NCBI GenBank assembly: GCA_052034935.1
Contig: JBPOIB010000003.1
Coordinates: forward strand, 34,407-98,406
Source: Candidatus Moraniibacteriota bacterium
GTDB taxonomy: Bacteria > Patescibacteriota > Minisyncoccia > Moranbacterales > UBA1568
Length of the DNA stretch: 64,000 bases
Reading direction: 5' to 3'
In this document: positions 27,034-35,845 of the stretch, one piece after another
How positions within the stretch are numbered: position 1 is the first letter of the stretch
Layout of the letters: each line of letters opens with the position of its first letter
Made by a program: the position numbers and the translations under genes
Notes under the pieces: generated by a model
What the model was told of the DNA's origin: nothing
The model's input: only the letters and a program-made list of their open reading frames with translations
Database searches by the model: none

Positions 27034-27823
27034 CGAGCGCTTGCTGGAGTCTCTCCCAATCTTCTACGGATAACGCCTGGGCACGGATATCTTTCCGCAT
27101 TCCATTTTTCTCAAGTGCCGTTTCAACAACCGCCTTCTCCAGCTTCAAGCTCGAAGCGAGATTATTCGCAAGTGTCTTCCTTCGCGCCGCGAATCCGGCC
27201 CGGGCGATTCGAAAAAATTTCCGATCGGTTTCAGCATCGAATGCTCGTTTCGCTTTTAAATGGACGACTGCCGAGTCGACTTTCGGGACTGGATCAAACG
27301 CTTCTTTCAGTACGACGAAGGCGAGCGCCACATCGCTGTAGTACTGCGCCATGAGCGAAAGCAGACTCATCGCCCCTGGCTTCGCCGAGAGCCGTTCGCC
27401 AACCTCTTTCTGGACCATGAGCGTCAGACTCGTCGGTTGCCGCTCGAGCGAAAGCAGCGTCCGGATGATCGGCGCTGTGATGTAATACGGGATATTCGCC
27501 ACCACTTTGTACCCGCGCGATGAGTAGCTCGCATGAGCAAGCGTCGCGGCGAGATTCACACCGAGGATGCTTCCTTCAAGGATAGAGACTCCGGCGCTCT
27601 CTTCAAAGTGCTTATTGAGACGCTCTACCAACTCATGATCGAGCTCGATCGCCATTACCTGTGTGCCTTTTTTCGCGAGTGCTTCCGTCAGGATGCCGGT
27701 CCCCGGACCGATCTCGAAGATCTTGTCGCCCGGAACGACTTCCGCCACGGTCAAGATCCGCTCGATGACCGACTGGTCTTTCAAGAAATTCTGTCCGAGT
27801 GATTTCTTTGCTTTCACTTCCAT
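27026..27823 (-). CDS. rsmA: 16S rRNA dimethyladenosine transferase
   Basis: KKSLGQNFL, EIGPGTG, VANIPYYIT and PVPKVDSAV motifs. Confidence 0.96.
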   Translation of the reverse strand: MEVKAKKSLGQNFLKDQSVIERILTVAEVVPGDKIFEIGPGTGILTEALAKKGTQVMAIELDHELVERLNKHFEESAGVSILEGSILGVNLAATLAHASYSSRGYKVVANIPYYITAPIIRTLLSLERQPTSLTLMVQKEVGERLSAKPGAMSLLSLMAQYYSDVALAFVVLKEAFDPVPKVDSAVVHLKAKRAFDAETDRKFFRIARAGFAARRKTLANNLASSLKLEKAVVETALEKNGMRKDIRAQALSVEDWERLQQALAI

Positions 27824-27826
27824 ACC

Positions 27827-28771
27827 CTAATTTGTAATCTCCTCCATCTTCACGTTGATAACACCAGCGCCAATCGAAGCAATTTTTTCGAATGCCACTT
27901 TGTCGAGATCGATGATGCGGCCTGGGACGAATGGTCCGCGGTCATTGATGACGACAATCACCGATTTCCCATTATCAACATTCGTCACCTTCACATAGCT
28001 TCCCTTGGGCAGCCAGGGATTCGCTGCGGCCATCGTTCCGGTCCAAGCATACCACGAAGCGGCGCCACGATGAGCCTTCCCCGTTTTGACGAGCGTTCCC
28101 TGTGTTACGACTTCCGTCACCGGCTCCTTTACGACCTCGGTAGCGAGTATCTTCCGGTTCACCTCCTTGCCGTTATGATAGCTCACTTTGTAGGTGGTGC
28201 GCTTCAGACCATTCTCGCCTTTCTGCGTGACGATTTTCTTCCGCCAAGAGAGATTTCCATCTTCTTCCGTCTTGGTCGCATACGGAATCTTCGTTTCTTT
28301 CATTTCTTCTTTCACTTCCACCCGGGTGATCGTAATCTTCTTCCCTGTCGGAACTGCCGCTTCGAACGCCGGCGTCACCAAATCGTCTTCATCAAGTACC
28401 ACGCCCGCCTCCCGGATGATTTCCTCTACGGTCGAAGATATGGCGCGAACCAGCACCTCTTTTCCATCGACGAGAATTTGTATCTCACGCGCGGGCTGCC
28501 AGACGATGCGTGCGCCGGTAAAAACGGCACTTTCTCCAATCGGATACAGCTGATCATCCGGTGCTAGTGTGAAGCCGGCGCGACGAATCACTTCCGCTAC
28601 TGTCAGCCCAGCATCAAACTGAACTTCAAACTCCCCGCCAGAAATAACGAGTGTCGCCGATGATGGCCGACCAACCGAAAAACTTTCGCGTGAATCGCCG
28701 AAAGGCGGGGTCAAAAACTGATAGGCTGCAAAACTGCCAAGGATGATTGCTGTAAAAAAGAAAATTTTCAT
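27827..28771 (-). CDS. Ubiquitin-like (DUF348) + G5 + RlpA-like DPBB cell-wall protein
   Basis: G5 (VTQKGENG...EPVTEVVTQGT); RlpA-like ASWY...VVINDRGPF...RIIDL. Confidence 0.85.
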   Translation of the reverse strand: MKIFFFTAIILGSFAAYQFLTPPFGDSRESFSVGRPSSATLVISGGEFEVQFDAGLTVAEVIRRAGFTLAPDDQLYPIGESAVFTGARIVWQPAREIQILVDGKEVLVRAISSTVEEIIREAGVVLDEDDLVTPAFEAAVPTGKKITITRVEVKEEMKETKIPYATKTEEDGNLSWRKKIVTQKGENGLKRTTYKVSYHNGKEVNRKILATEVVKEPVTEVVTQGTLVKTGKAHRGAASWYAWTGTMAAANPWLPKGSYVKVTNVDNGKSVIVVINDRGPFVPGRIIDLDKVAFEKIASIGAGVINVKMEEITN

Positions 28772-28783
28772 TTTGAAATGAGT

Positions 28784-30304
28784 CTATTCACGGAACCGAT
28801 ACTGGAGTGCTTCAGCAAGATGTCCGTCTTGGATGTGCTCGGAGTGATCTAGATCCGCTATTGTCCGGGCAACCTTCAGGATTCGCGTATAGGCACGCGG
28901 CGAGAGATGATAGTGTTCGACGGCTTCTCTGAGGAGCGCTTGTCCAGCAGCATCCAGAACGCAGTGCACTTCCATGAGTTTGTTATCGAGCTCGGCGTTA
29001 GATCCTTTACCACTCCCCTCGAGCCGCGCGCGGCTCTCTTGACGCGCAGCCTCAACACGAACACGAACCACTTCGCTCGAATCAGTGCCCACCCGGTCAC
29101 GGAGTTCATCAAATGAAAGGCGAGGAACATCAATATGGAGATCAATACGGTCCATAATCGGGCCCGAGATCTTCTGACGATACTTTTCGATCTGATATGC
29201 GCTGCAGCCGCACATCCGTTCTGGGTCACCATGATGTCCGCATGGACATGGATTCATCGCTGCGACCAGCATGAAGCGCGCCGGGAAAGTGAGCGTCCCC
29301 TTGGCACGCGAAATTGTTACCAGCCCATCCTCGAGCGGCTGGCGAAGGCTCTCGAGGAGCGAACGGGGAAATTCGGCAAACTCATCGAGGAAAAGCACGC
29401 CCCGATGTGCGAGACTCACTTCGCCCGGCCTGGGAATCGTCCCGCCACCGATAAGTGAGATACCGCTCGCCGTGTGATGAGGTGAACGGAAAGGCCGAGC
29501 CTCTACGAGCGCTTCGCCTCGAGCCAGCCGGTCAGCGACCGAGAAAATCTGCGTCACCTCGAGGCATTCTTCAAACGTAAGCTTTGGCAAGATAGTCGGC
29601 AGAGCCTTCGCGAGAAGCGTTTTGCCCGATCCTGGGGGCCCAAGCATGAGGATATTATGTCCGCCTGCCGCAGCAATCTCAAGTGCGCGCTTCGCATGCT
29701 CCTGGCCACGGATAAGGGCAAAGTCGGTCGCCGGATTCGAATGCTTTCCTTCTTCAATCGCGGTCGGCTCAGTCGCTGTAAATGGCGCCCGGCCTTCGAG
29801 GTGCCCGATGAGCGTTTGGAGCGAATCAGCCGCAAATACCCGAATACCAGGAACGAGCGCTGCTTCCGCAGCATTTTCTTTCGGTACAAAGATCTCTTCG
29901 AATCCCATCCGTTTGGCAAAGAGGGTAAGCGGGAGCACACCCGAAACCGGTCGGAGTCGGCCATCGAGGGCAAGCTCGCCGATGAAAAAACGTTTCTCAA
30001 CAGGAAAAGAAACCTGCTTGGTTGCCTGGAGAAAAACAAGAGCGATGGGAAGATCATAGGCTGAAGAACCTTTCGGAAGATCGGCCGGGGCGAGATTGAC
30101 GGTTACCCGTCCGCTCATGTGAGGTGGCCGGAAACCGGTATTCTTAATTGCCGCACTGACCCGGTCACGCGCTTCTTTCACTGCTGTATCGGCCAGACCA
30201 ACGATTGTGAACTGATGCAAGCCCTTGGAAAGGATGTCGGCCTCAATTTCAACAGCGACCCCGTCGAGTCCGATCGTTGCTCCAGAATACACTTTAGCTG
30301 ACAT
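28784..30304 (-). CDS. comM: YifB/ComM Mg-chelatase-like AAA+ helicase
   Basis: VNLAPADLPK, GPPGSGKT, PFRSPHH, AMNPCPCG and LKVARTIADL motifs. Confidence 0.93.
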   Translation of the reverse strand: MSAKVYSGATIGLDGVAVEIEADILSKGLHQFTIVGLADTAVKEARDRVSAAIKNTGFRPPHMSGRVTVNLAPADLPKGSSAYDLPIALVFLQATKQVSFPVEKRFFIGELALDGRLRPVSGVLPLTLFAKRMGFEEIFVPKENAAEAALVPGIRVFAADSLQTLIGHLEGRAPFTATEPTAIEEGKHSNPATDFALIRGQEHAKRALEIAAAGGHNILMLGPPGSGKTLLAKALPTILPKLTFEECLEVTQIFSVADRLARGEALVEARPFRSPHHTASGISLIGGGTIPRPGEVSLAHRGVLFLDEFAEFPRSLLESLRQPLEDGLVTISRAKGTLTFPARFMLVAAMNPCPCGHHGDPERMCGCSAYQIEKYRQKISGPIMDRIDLHIDVPRLSFDELRDRVGTDSSEVVRVRVEAARQESRARLEGSGKGSNAELDNKLMEVHCVLDAAGQALLREAVEHYHLSPRAYTRILKVARTIADLDHSEHIQDGHLAEALQYRFRE

Positions 30305-30725
30305 ATGACTTCCTTGTGGAGAATATTCCGCTCATTCGCCCCAAAAGATACAGCACCCCAAGAAGAAGCATCATATCAGCCAAATTAAAGCTTGGAAAGG
30401 GCCCCAGGGTGAGATAGTCCCGGACACAGCCCTCCAGGAAACGGTCGAGCGTATTGACTGTTCCGCCGATGAAAACGGCAGACCAGGCCAGTCGTTCTCC
30501 CTCATCACTCCTCCGGCCAAACTGCCACAAGACACCAATAAGAAGGGCGACGATCCCCGACCAGAGGAGGGTCTCGGGGAGAACGATTCCGAAAGCGATG
30601 CCCGGGTTGCAGACAGTGATCTCAGGACTCTTCAGTCGATATACGAGATCGAAAAGACCGCACAAAAACAAAAGTCCGATGACGAATCGCTCCATCCTCG
30701 GACTCCATCCCCCCATACAACTCAC
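30294..30725 (-). CDS. lspA: Lipoprotein signal peptidase II; start uncertain
   Basis: NPGIAFG, N..DRF...VRDY and FNLAD motifs. Confidence 0.8.
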   Translation of the reverse strand: MSCMGGWSPRMERFVIGLLFLCGLFDLVYRLKSPEITVCNPGIAFGIVLPETLLWSGIVALLIGVLWQFGRRSDEGERLAWSAVFIGGTVNTLDRFLEGCVRDYLTLGPFPSFNLADMMLLLGVLYLLGRMSGIFSTRKSYVS

Positions 30726-30727
30726 TT

Positions 30728-31078
30728 TTAAGCTTCGATAACGGTTCGCGCAGCCGGATTGGCCTGGAGCCGTTCGAGCGGAATTTCTTTACTGGTTTTT
30801 TCACAGACGCCATACGTTCCGGCAACCATTTTAGAGAGAGCATCATTCACGTCACGCAAGTTATCCTCAAGCGTTCCTTCCAAGGAAAGATTGTCAGCGT
30901 ATGCTTCGACTTCGCTCGCATTCTCATCTGGATCGCTGCCAATCACCTCGAACTTCGTCTCATAGTCACCAGGAGTGCCGGTCGGCTGAGCGAAACGAGT
31001 GAGCTCTTCTTCGAGCCGAGCCTTATCCGCAAGTAGTCTTTCCTTCAGTTGAGCAAGTGTGGTTGTATCCAAAGCCAT
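30728..31078 (-). CDS. TraR/DksA family protein
   Basis: Coiled coil with D..A.E tip; DALSK...GTYGVCE...IPLERLQANPAART. Confidence 0.85.
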   Translation of the reverse strand: MALDTTTLAQLKERLLADKARLEEELTRFAQPTGTPGDYETKFEVIGSDPDENASEVEAYADNLSLEGTLEDNLRDVNDALSKMVAGTYGVCEKTSKEIPLERLQANPAARTVIEA

Positions 31079-31127
31079 AAGGTTCAAATTAAGATAGTCC
31101 TAGTATATCGAATCTGGCACCCCCTGT

Positions 31128-31523
31128 CTACGTGTAGAATATATGGTCAAGATGCCTAATTTTCGGTTCTTCTCCGGCGAAGAATGTCACTGAGATGGCA
31201 TCAAACGAGTATTCCCGATCAGTGAGCTGCTTTTCTCTCAGGTAGAGAAGGGCTGCTTTTTCCATTTTCCGAAGCTTTGCAGGGGTAATCTGCCACTCTG
31301 GAAGACGTTCTGCTCTGCCCGCATCGATAAAGGCCGCCTTTACCTCGACAAAGACGATTTCCTTGCTTTTCTCCGCTATAATATCGATTTCTCCCAGGCG
31401 AATGCCTTTTGCATTAGCATAATTCCGGTCAAGGATGCGATACCCGGCTCCCTCCAGATAAAGAGCAGCCTGCTCCTCTCCCGATTTTCCGATATCAGTA
31501 GTAGGAATAGAGAAATTATTCAT
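31128..31523 (-). CDS. yraN: YraN family PD-(D/E)XK nuclease
   Basis: G..GE..A..YL...GY.IL..N, GEIDII, VFVEVK and FDAI motifs. Confidence 0.92.
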   Translation of the reverse strand: MNNFSIPTTDIGKSGEEQAALYLEGAGYRILDRNYANAKGIRLGEIDIIAEKSKEIVFVEVKAAFIDAGRAERLPEWQITPAKLRKMEKAALLYLREKQLTDREYSFDAISVTFFAGEEPKIRHLDHIFYT

Positions 31524-31566
31524 ATGTTTCTCCCTGAAAATAAGCCAAAAAACGGATTTTAGCAAC

Positions 31567-32069
31567 AAAAAAAGGCCCATTGGCCATTCTCCTCCTGCCC
31601 GGCACACACTTTACAAGATGTTGGTGCCGGGCGCCTGCCCAGAACGCCCATATTTTGAAAAATTTGGCTTTGTGACAAGCGCCCGACGTGCGTGTGCCCA
31701 ACATGCAGGCCGATAATGAAACGCTCGGGTGAGAAGCATTTGATTATACAAGCTTTCATGTGGTTTGATGCCCACGCGAATAGGACTTTTCTGGTATTTT
31801 CCTGATCTCTCACCGTTCTTTGGCTATGCCAATTTTACTTTGCAAGGTACTGGTTTTTGTTTTTTGTTTTTGTGTAAAGGCCGAGGTTTATTATATTTCT
31901 CGACATTTTTGTTTTTGTTTTGGCGGCACGCTCCAGACCAGAATAGGAGCTGTTGGTGACGATGCACCGAACGGTTAAACAGTGGAGACCTTCTCATTCC
32001 CATGCGAGATGCGGACGAGAGGGTCTCCCTTGTTCAGATCATATTTTCAAGAAACTTTTTCAACTCAAC
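31567..32069 (-). ncRNA. Putative ~500-nt structured ncRNA or long leader, family unassigned
   Basis: Own consensus promoter, many hairpins whose G-U pairs favour the minus strand, CA-rich linkers, 3' hairpin + T7, no long credible ORF. Confidence 0.55.
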
Positions 32070-32075
32070 AAATCC

Positions 32076-32104
32076 ATTATAGCAGAAAAAAACGCTCGAG
32101 TCAA
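32076..32104 (-). promoter_or_regulatory. Near-consensus sigma70 promoter
   Basis: TTGACT-N17-TATAAT with an extended TG. Confidence 0.85.
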
Positions 32105-32156
32105 TCTTGCGGACTCATTATCTTTTAGTTGCGCGATAATTATTTCTCTTGCCGAT

Positions 32157-32181
32157 AAAAAAACTCATCATGAGATGAGTT
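32157..32181 (-). terminator. Intrinsic terminator insulating the downstream promoter
   Basis: AACTCATC-TCAT-GATGAG followed by a T7 tract on the minus strand. Confidence 0.65.
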
Positions 32182-32229
32182 CATTCAAAAAAGAAGTGCT
32201 GCGACTTTCGAAAAACAGCTTGGCAGAGA

Positions 32230-33459
32230 CTAAAGACCGGTCTTATCGAGCACAGCCCGCAGCGAATTCTTGCTCGTACCGATAACCCACTGCTTGCCGC
32301 GGACCGCATAGTCAACCGAAAGCCCGAGCGAAGCATCAACATTGGTGAAACGGACCGGGCGTTCCAGGTACATGCCGTCGCGGAAAGCCAGATTGCGCTT
32401 CGGAGCGGTCGTCATGTCGAGATAGAGAGGGTCGAGCGCTGAAGGAAGCAGACCTTCGTCTTTCTGTAGCTCCAGAGAGAATGTCTCCTGGTTCTTGATA
32501 TAAGCCAGCAGCACAGCTCGTGGACGATCACCATCAATATAAACGTACACAGAGAACGGTTCGTCGAGCGCCTCCAATATCCCGGCCGGAAGCTCGAGCT
32601 TAGCAAGGTAAGCGAAGCGGGATAATGCCAAAGGATTGAGCTTCTGATCACGGATCAGGAACTCGACCGCATCTGAAAGTCCATCTTTTTTGATTCCCTG
32701 ACCCGCCTGGAGAAGAGTGCTCTTGATTTCTTCAGCAGTCACCGTTTCCGTATTGAAAGAGAGGACGTTTGGTTGATCAGACTGGTATTTAGGAGGGGTC
32801 GTGGTAGCTGGTAGGGATTTTTCCGGATTAGGTCTGATCGGATCATTCGCGATCTCTCCAGGGATTGCTGGCTTATCGGTCATTCTCTGCCAGACATACC
32901 AACCACCGAGAGAGAGCACGACTGCGACCAGGACAGTTCCGAGTCGGATCCATTTTGTTTTTTCGCCAGTGAGAAGTGTTTTTAGCCGATGTAGCAACCC
33001 TGGACGCGAAGGAAGCATTCCCTCAAAAGAAGCCCCTCCCACTGTCGGTTGAGCGATATTGAGAGCGACTGGTTTAGCCTCAGTATCAAAGTGCTGCTCT
33101 GATACAGCAGAATGAGCAGGGACGACCGGGAGCACAGTTGGAGGTGCGGCAGAAGCAGTCTTCGCCCCCTCCTTCACCGAGAGAGGATCAGCTTCGGGAG
33201 ACTGAAGAAAAGGACTAGTCTCTGATGGATTCGGCATCACTTCAGCCGTATCTACGCCTGGAGCAGCGTAAAAAGGAGCGCCTTCGCGAGCGTTCGGGTT
33301 GAAACTCACCAAAGGCTCTTTTTTTTCCGGTATCTTTGTCGGTACATTCCGGCCAGTCAGATCATCTTCCATCGTGTGCACCAAAGGAAGCACCGATTCG
33401 ACCGGACTTTGTACATCCGCAGATTCTTCCGCTACCGTATCTTTTTTGAACCAGTTCAT
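32230..33459 (-). CDS. Single-TM hypothetical protein
   Basis: HTMEDDL N-terminal motif; TM; C-terminal F.D..Y....VRF.N...DYA......IGTS. Confidence 0.7.
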   Translation of the reverse strand: MNWFKKDTVAEESADVQSPVESVLPLVHTMEDDLTGRNVPTKIPEKKEPLVSFNPNAREGAPFYAAPGVDTAEVMPNPSETSPFLQSPEADPLSVKEGAKTASAAPPTVLPVVPAHSAVSEQHFDTEAKPVALNIAQPTVGGASFEGMLPSRPGLLHRLKTLLTGEKTKWIRLGTVLVAVVLSLGGWYVWQRMTDKPAIPGEIANDPIRPNPEKSLPATTTPPKYQSDQPNVLSFNTETVTAEEIKSTLLQAGQGIKKDGLSDAVEFLIRDQKLNPLALSRFAYLAKLELPAGILEALDEPFSVYVYIDGDRPRAVLLAYIKNQETFSLELQKDEGLLPSALDPLYLDMTTAPKRNLAFRDGMYLERPVRFTNVDASLGLSVDYAVRGKQWVIGTSKNSLRAVLDKTGL

Positions 33460-33524
33460 AGCAATACAAAAAGAGAGGCTATCCTCTCTTCAGTATACCT
33501 TGTCTCATTTGCTCGCGCTATATT

Positions 33525-35660
33525 CTACACTTCTTCACCGAGCTCTTCGCGGACAAGCTTCGCTTTAGCCATCTTGTGAGAGAGGTTGATCCGGCCCTGG
33601 GTGTCGATTTCTTTCACGATGACCGTGACAACATCGCCGACATTCACGATATCTTCGACTTTTTCTACTCGATGATCGGCCAGTTCAGAAATATGGATCA
33701 GTCCTTCCTGGTTCGGCAAAACTTCGGCAAAAGCACCGAAATTCATAATTCGAGTAATCCGGCCCTGGAACATCTCCCCGACAGCAACCTCGCGAGTGAT
33801 ATTTTTGATCCACTGAACCGCTTCTTCGGCGCCGGTCGCATCAACCGCCGTGATAAAGACCGATCCATCGTCTTCGATATCGATTGAGACGCCGGTCTCA
33901 TCGATAATCTGATTGATTATCTTACCACCAGGACCGATGACGTCACGGATTTTCTCCGGATTGATGTGGAGAGTAATAATACGTGGAGCGTACGGGGACA
34001 TCTCTTTGCGCGGCTCTGGGATGGCAGCGAGCATGACCTCCATGATTTCGAGCCGAGCCTCCTTCGCCTGCTTGATCGCGATCCCGAGCATATCCGGGGT
34101 CAGCCCATCGATCTTCACATCCATTTGCATCGCCGTAATACCGTCTTTCGTACCGGCGACCTTGAAGTCCATATCGCCGTAATGGTCCTCGAGACCCTGG
34201 ATATCGGTCAAGACCTTGAAACTTCCGTCTTTGCCAGCAATGACGCCCATCGCGATACCGGAAACCGGCTTCTTGATCGGCACACCGGCATCCATGAGGG
34301 AAAGCGTCGATCCGCAGGTTGATCCCATCGAGGAAGAACCATTAGAGGACAGCACTTCGGAAACGAGGTGAATCGTATAGGGAAATTCCTCTTTCGATGG
34401 GAGTACCGGGAGAAGCGCCTTCTCAGCGAGAGCACCATGGCCGACTTCCCGACGGCCCGGCCCGCGCATCGGCTTGATTTCGCCGACTGAATAGGCCGGG
34501 AAATTGTAGAAGTGCATATAGCGCTTCTTTTCGTCGGTTTCCATCGTATCCACAACCATTTCATCGCCTGGAGCACCGAGTGTTGTCACGGTCAAAACCT
34601 GGGTTTCGCCACGAGTAAAGAGTCCGGTGCCATGCGTGCGAGGCAGAATACCGACCTGGGATGCGAGCGGCCGGATTTCCGTCAGCTTGCGGCCATCAGG
34701 ACGCTTGTCATGTAGAAGGATATTGGTGTGAAGCGCCTCGTCTGAGAGCTCTTCATTGATGAGTGAGAGAATTTCCGCCTGATTTTTCTCGTCCGGAAAG
34801 TTCTCCGCAGCGTATTCCGCAGCTTTTTTCTCGATTTCCGCCGTTTTTTCGAGCATCGTAGCTTTCGGCTTGAGATACAGGGCATCAGCGAGTCCAAGCG
34901 AAGCGGTATATTCCTTCATTTTCGCTTCGAACTCTTCGCTTCCGACGAGCAGAGCGGCTGCCTTCTTCTCGCGGCCAATCTCTTTTCTCACTGACTCGAT
35001 AAAGTCCGTGACTTTTTGTATGGCTTCATGACCGAAACGGAAGGCCTCCGTCATTTGTTCCTCAGCAATCTCGTTCGCCCCACACTCGATCATATTGATC
35101 TTGTCATGAGTACCGGAGACGAGGAGATCAAGGGCGCTCGTCGCCCGTTCTTCACGGGAAGGATTGAGGATAAAGGCTTTTTCCGCATTCAAACCAACAC
35201 GAACAGCACCAATCGGGCCATTCCAAGGGATATCGGAAAGGGTAAGGGCGGCTGAAGCCGCAATCATCGCGACCAAATCCGGTTCATTTTCACCGTCAAT
35301 CGAGAGAACAGTCGTCACGACTTGGACTTCGTTCCGCATCCGGCTATTGAAGAGTGGGCGAACTGTCCGGTCTACCGCACGGCCTGAGAGGATAGCATCA
35401 TCCGACGGCCGACCTTCACGCTTGATAAAGCGCGAGCCTTTGATCTTGCCCGCTGCGTAGTAACGCTCCTCGAAATCCACCATAAGCGGGAAATAGCCGG
35501 TAATCCGAGACATTTCCTTACTCATGACGGCTGTCGCCAGGACGACCGTATCGCCGTACTGGACCGTCACCGCGCCGTTCGCCTGACCAGCCAAGAGGCC
35601 CGTTGAGATGCTTAATTCACGCCCGCCGAGCTGGAGAGACCATTTTTTAGCTCCTTGCAT
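33525..35660 (-). CDS. pnp: Polyribonucleotide nucleotidyltransferase
   Basis: RREVGHG, SNGSSSM and GDMDFKVAG motifs; KH and S1 domains. Confidence 0.97.
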   Translation of the reverse strand: MQGAKKWSLQLGGRELSISTGLLAGQANGAVTVQYGDTVVLATAVMSKEMSRITGYFPLMVDFEERYYAAGKIKGSRFIKREGRPSDDAILSGRAVDRTVRPLFNSRMRNEVQVVTTVLSIDGENEPDLVAMIAASAALTLSDIPWNGPIGAVRVGLNAEKAFILNPSREERATSALDLLVSGTHDKINMIECGANEIAEEQMTEAFRFGHEAIQKVTDFIESVRKEIGREKKAAALLVGSEEFEAKMKEYTASLGLADALYLKPKATMLEKTAEIEKKAAEYAAENFPDEKNQAEILSLINEELSDEALHTNILLHDKRPDGRKLTEIRPLASQVGILPRTHGTGLFTRGETQVLTVTTLGAPGDEMVVDTMETDEKKRYMHFYNFPAYSVGEIKPMRGPGRREVGHGALAEKALLPVLPSKEEFPYTIHLVSEVLSSNGSSSMGSTCGSTLSLMDAGVPIKKPVSGIAMGVIAGKDGSFKVLTDIQGLEDHYGDMDFKVAGTKDGITAMQMDVKIDGLTPDMLGIAIKQAKEARLEIMEVMLAAIPEPRKEMSPYAPRIITLHINPEKIRDVIGPGGKIINQIIDETGVSIDIEDDGSVFITAVDATGAEEAVQWIKNITREVAVGEMFQGRITRIMNFGAFAEVLPNQEGLIHISELADHRVEKVEDIVNVGDVVTVIVKEIDTQGRINLSHKMAKAKLVREELGEEV

Positions 35661-35671
35661 AGAGTTATGAA

Positions 35672-35751
35672 CCGTCCTGGGCTCATAAACACGCGGCTTT
35701 TCCTGAATCCTACTTCAGAAAGAATCGTGTACCTATAAACCCTTGTGACGG
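35672..35751 (-). promoter_or_regulatory. Long pnp 5'-leader stem-loop
   Basis: CCGTC..GGGTTTATA..ACACG..TTTCTGAA / TTCAGGAA..CGTGT..TATGAGCCC..GACGG; promoter TTGACA-N18-TAGAGT at 35803-35774. Confidence 0.6.
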
Positions 35752-35845
35752 CAATTACTTGTTAACCGCCTGTACTCTAGCCTCTTTTTACCCATTTTGT
35801 CAAAGAAAAACGAGCTTTTCAGCCCGTTCTCTTGCCATCGACACT

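Noticed and set aside
31567-32069. tmRNA, RNase P RNA, SRP RNA, T-box or intron identity for the structured region
   Set aside because: There is no T-arm plus G3-U70 acceptor, no GAGGAAAGTCC/CGGCTTA pair in the proper context (only a partial GAAAAGTCC), no SRP GGAA loop motif, no T-box GGTGG.ACC and no group II domain V. A highly divergent member cannot be fully excluded without cmscan.
31516-32285. Short ORFs 31516-31704, 31559-31813, 31765-31959 and 31953-32285
   Set aside because: No recognisable motifs, atypical composition, and they overlap the promoter and hairpins; likely spurious.
35763-35775. 13-nt match (GTACAGGCGGTTA, minus strand) to repeat copy 2
   Set aside because: It lies at the pnp promoter/start region, and the rest of the 28-mer does not match; probably chance.
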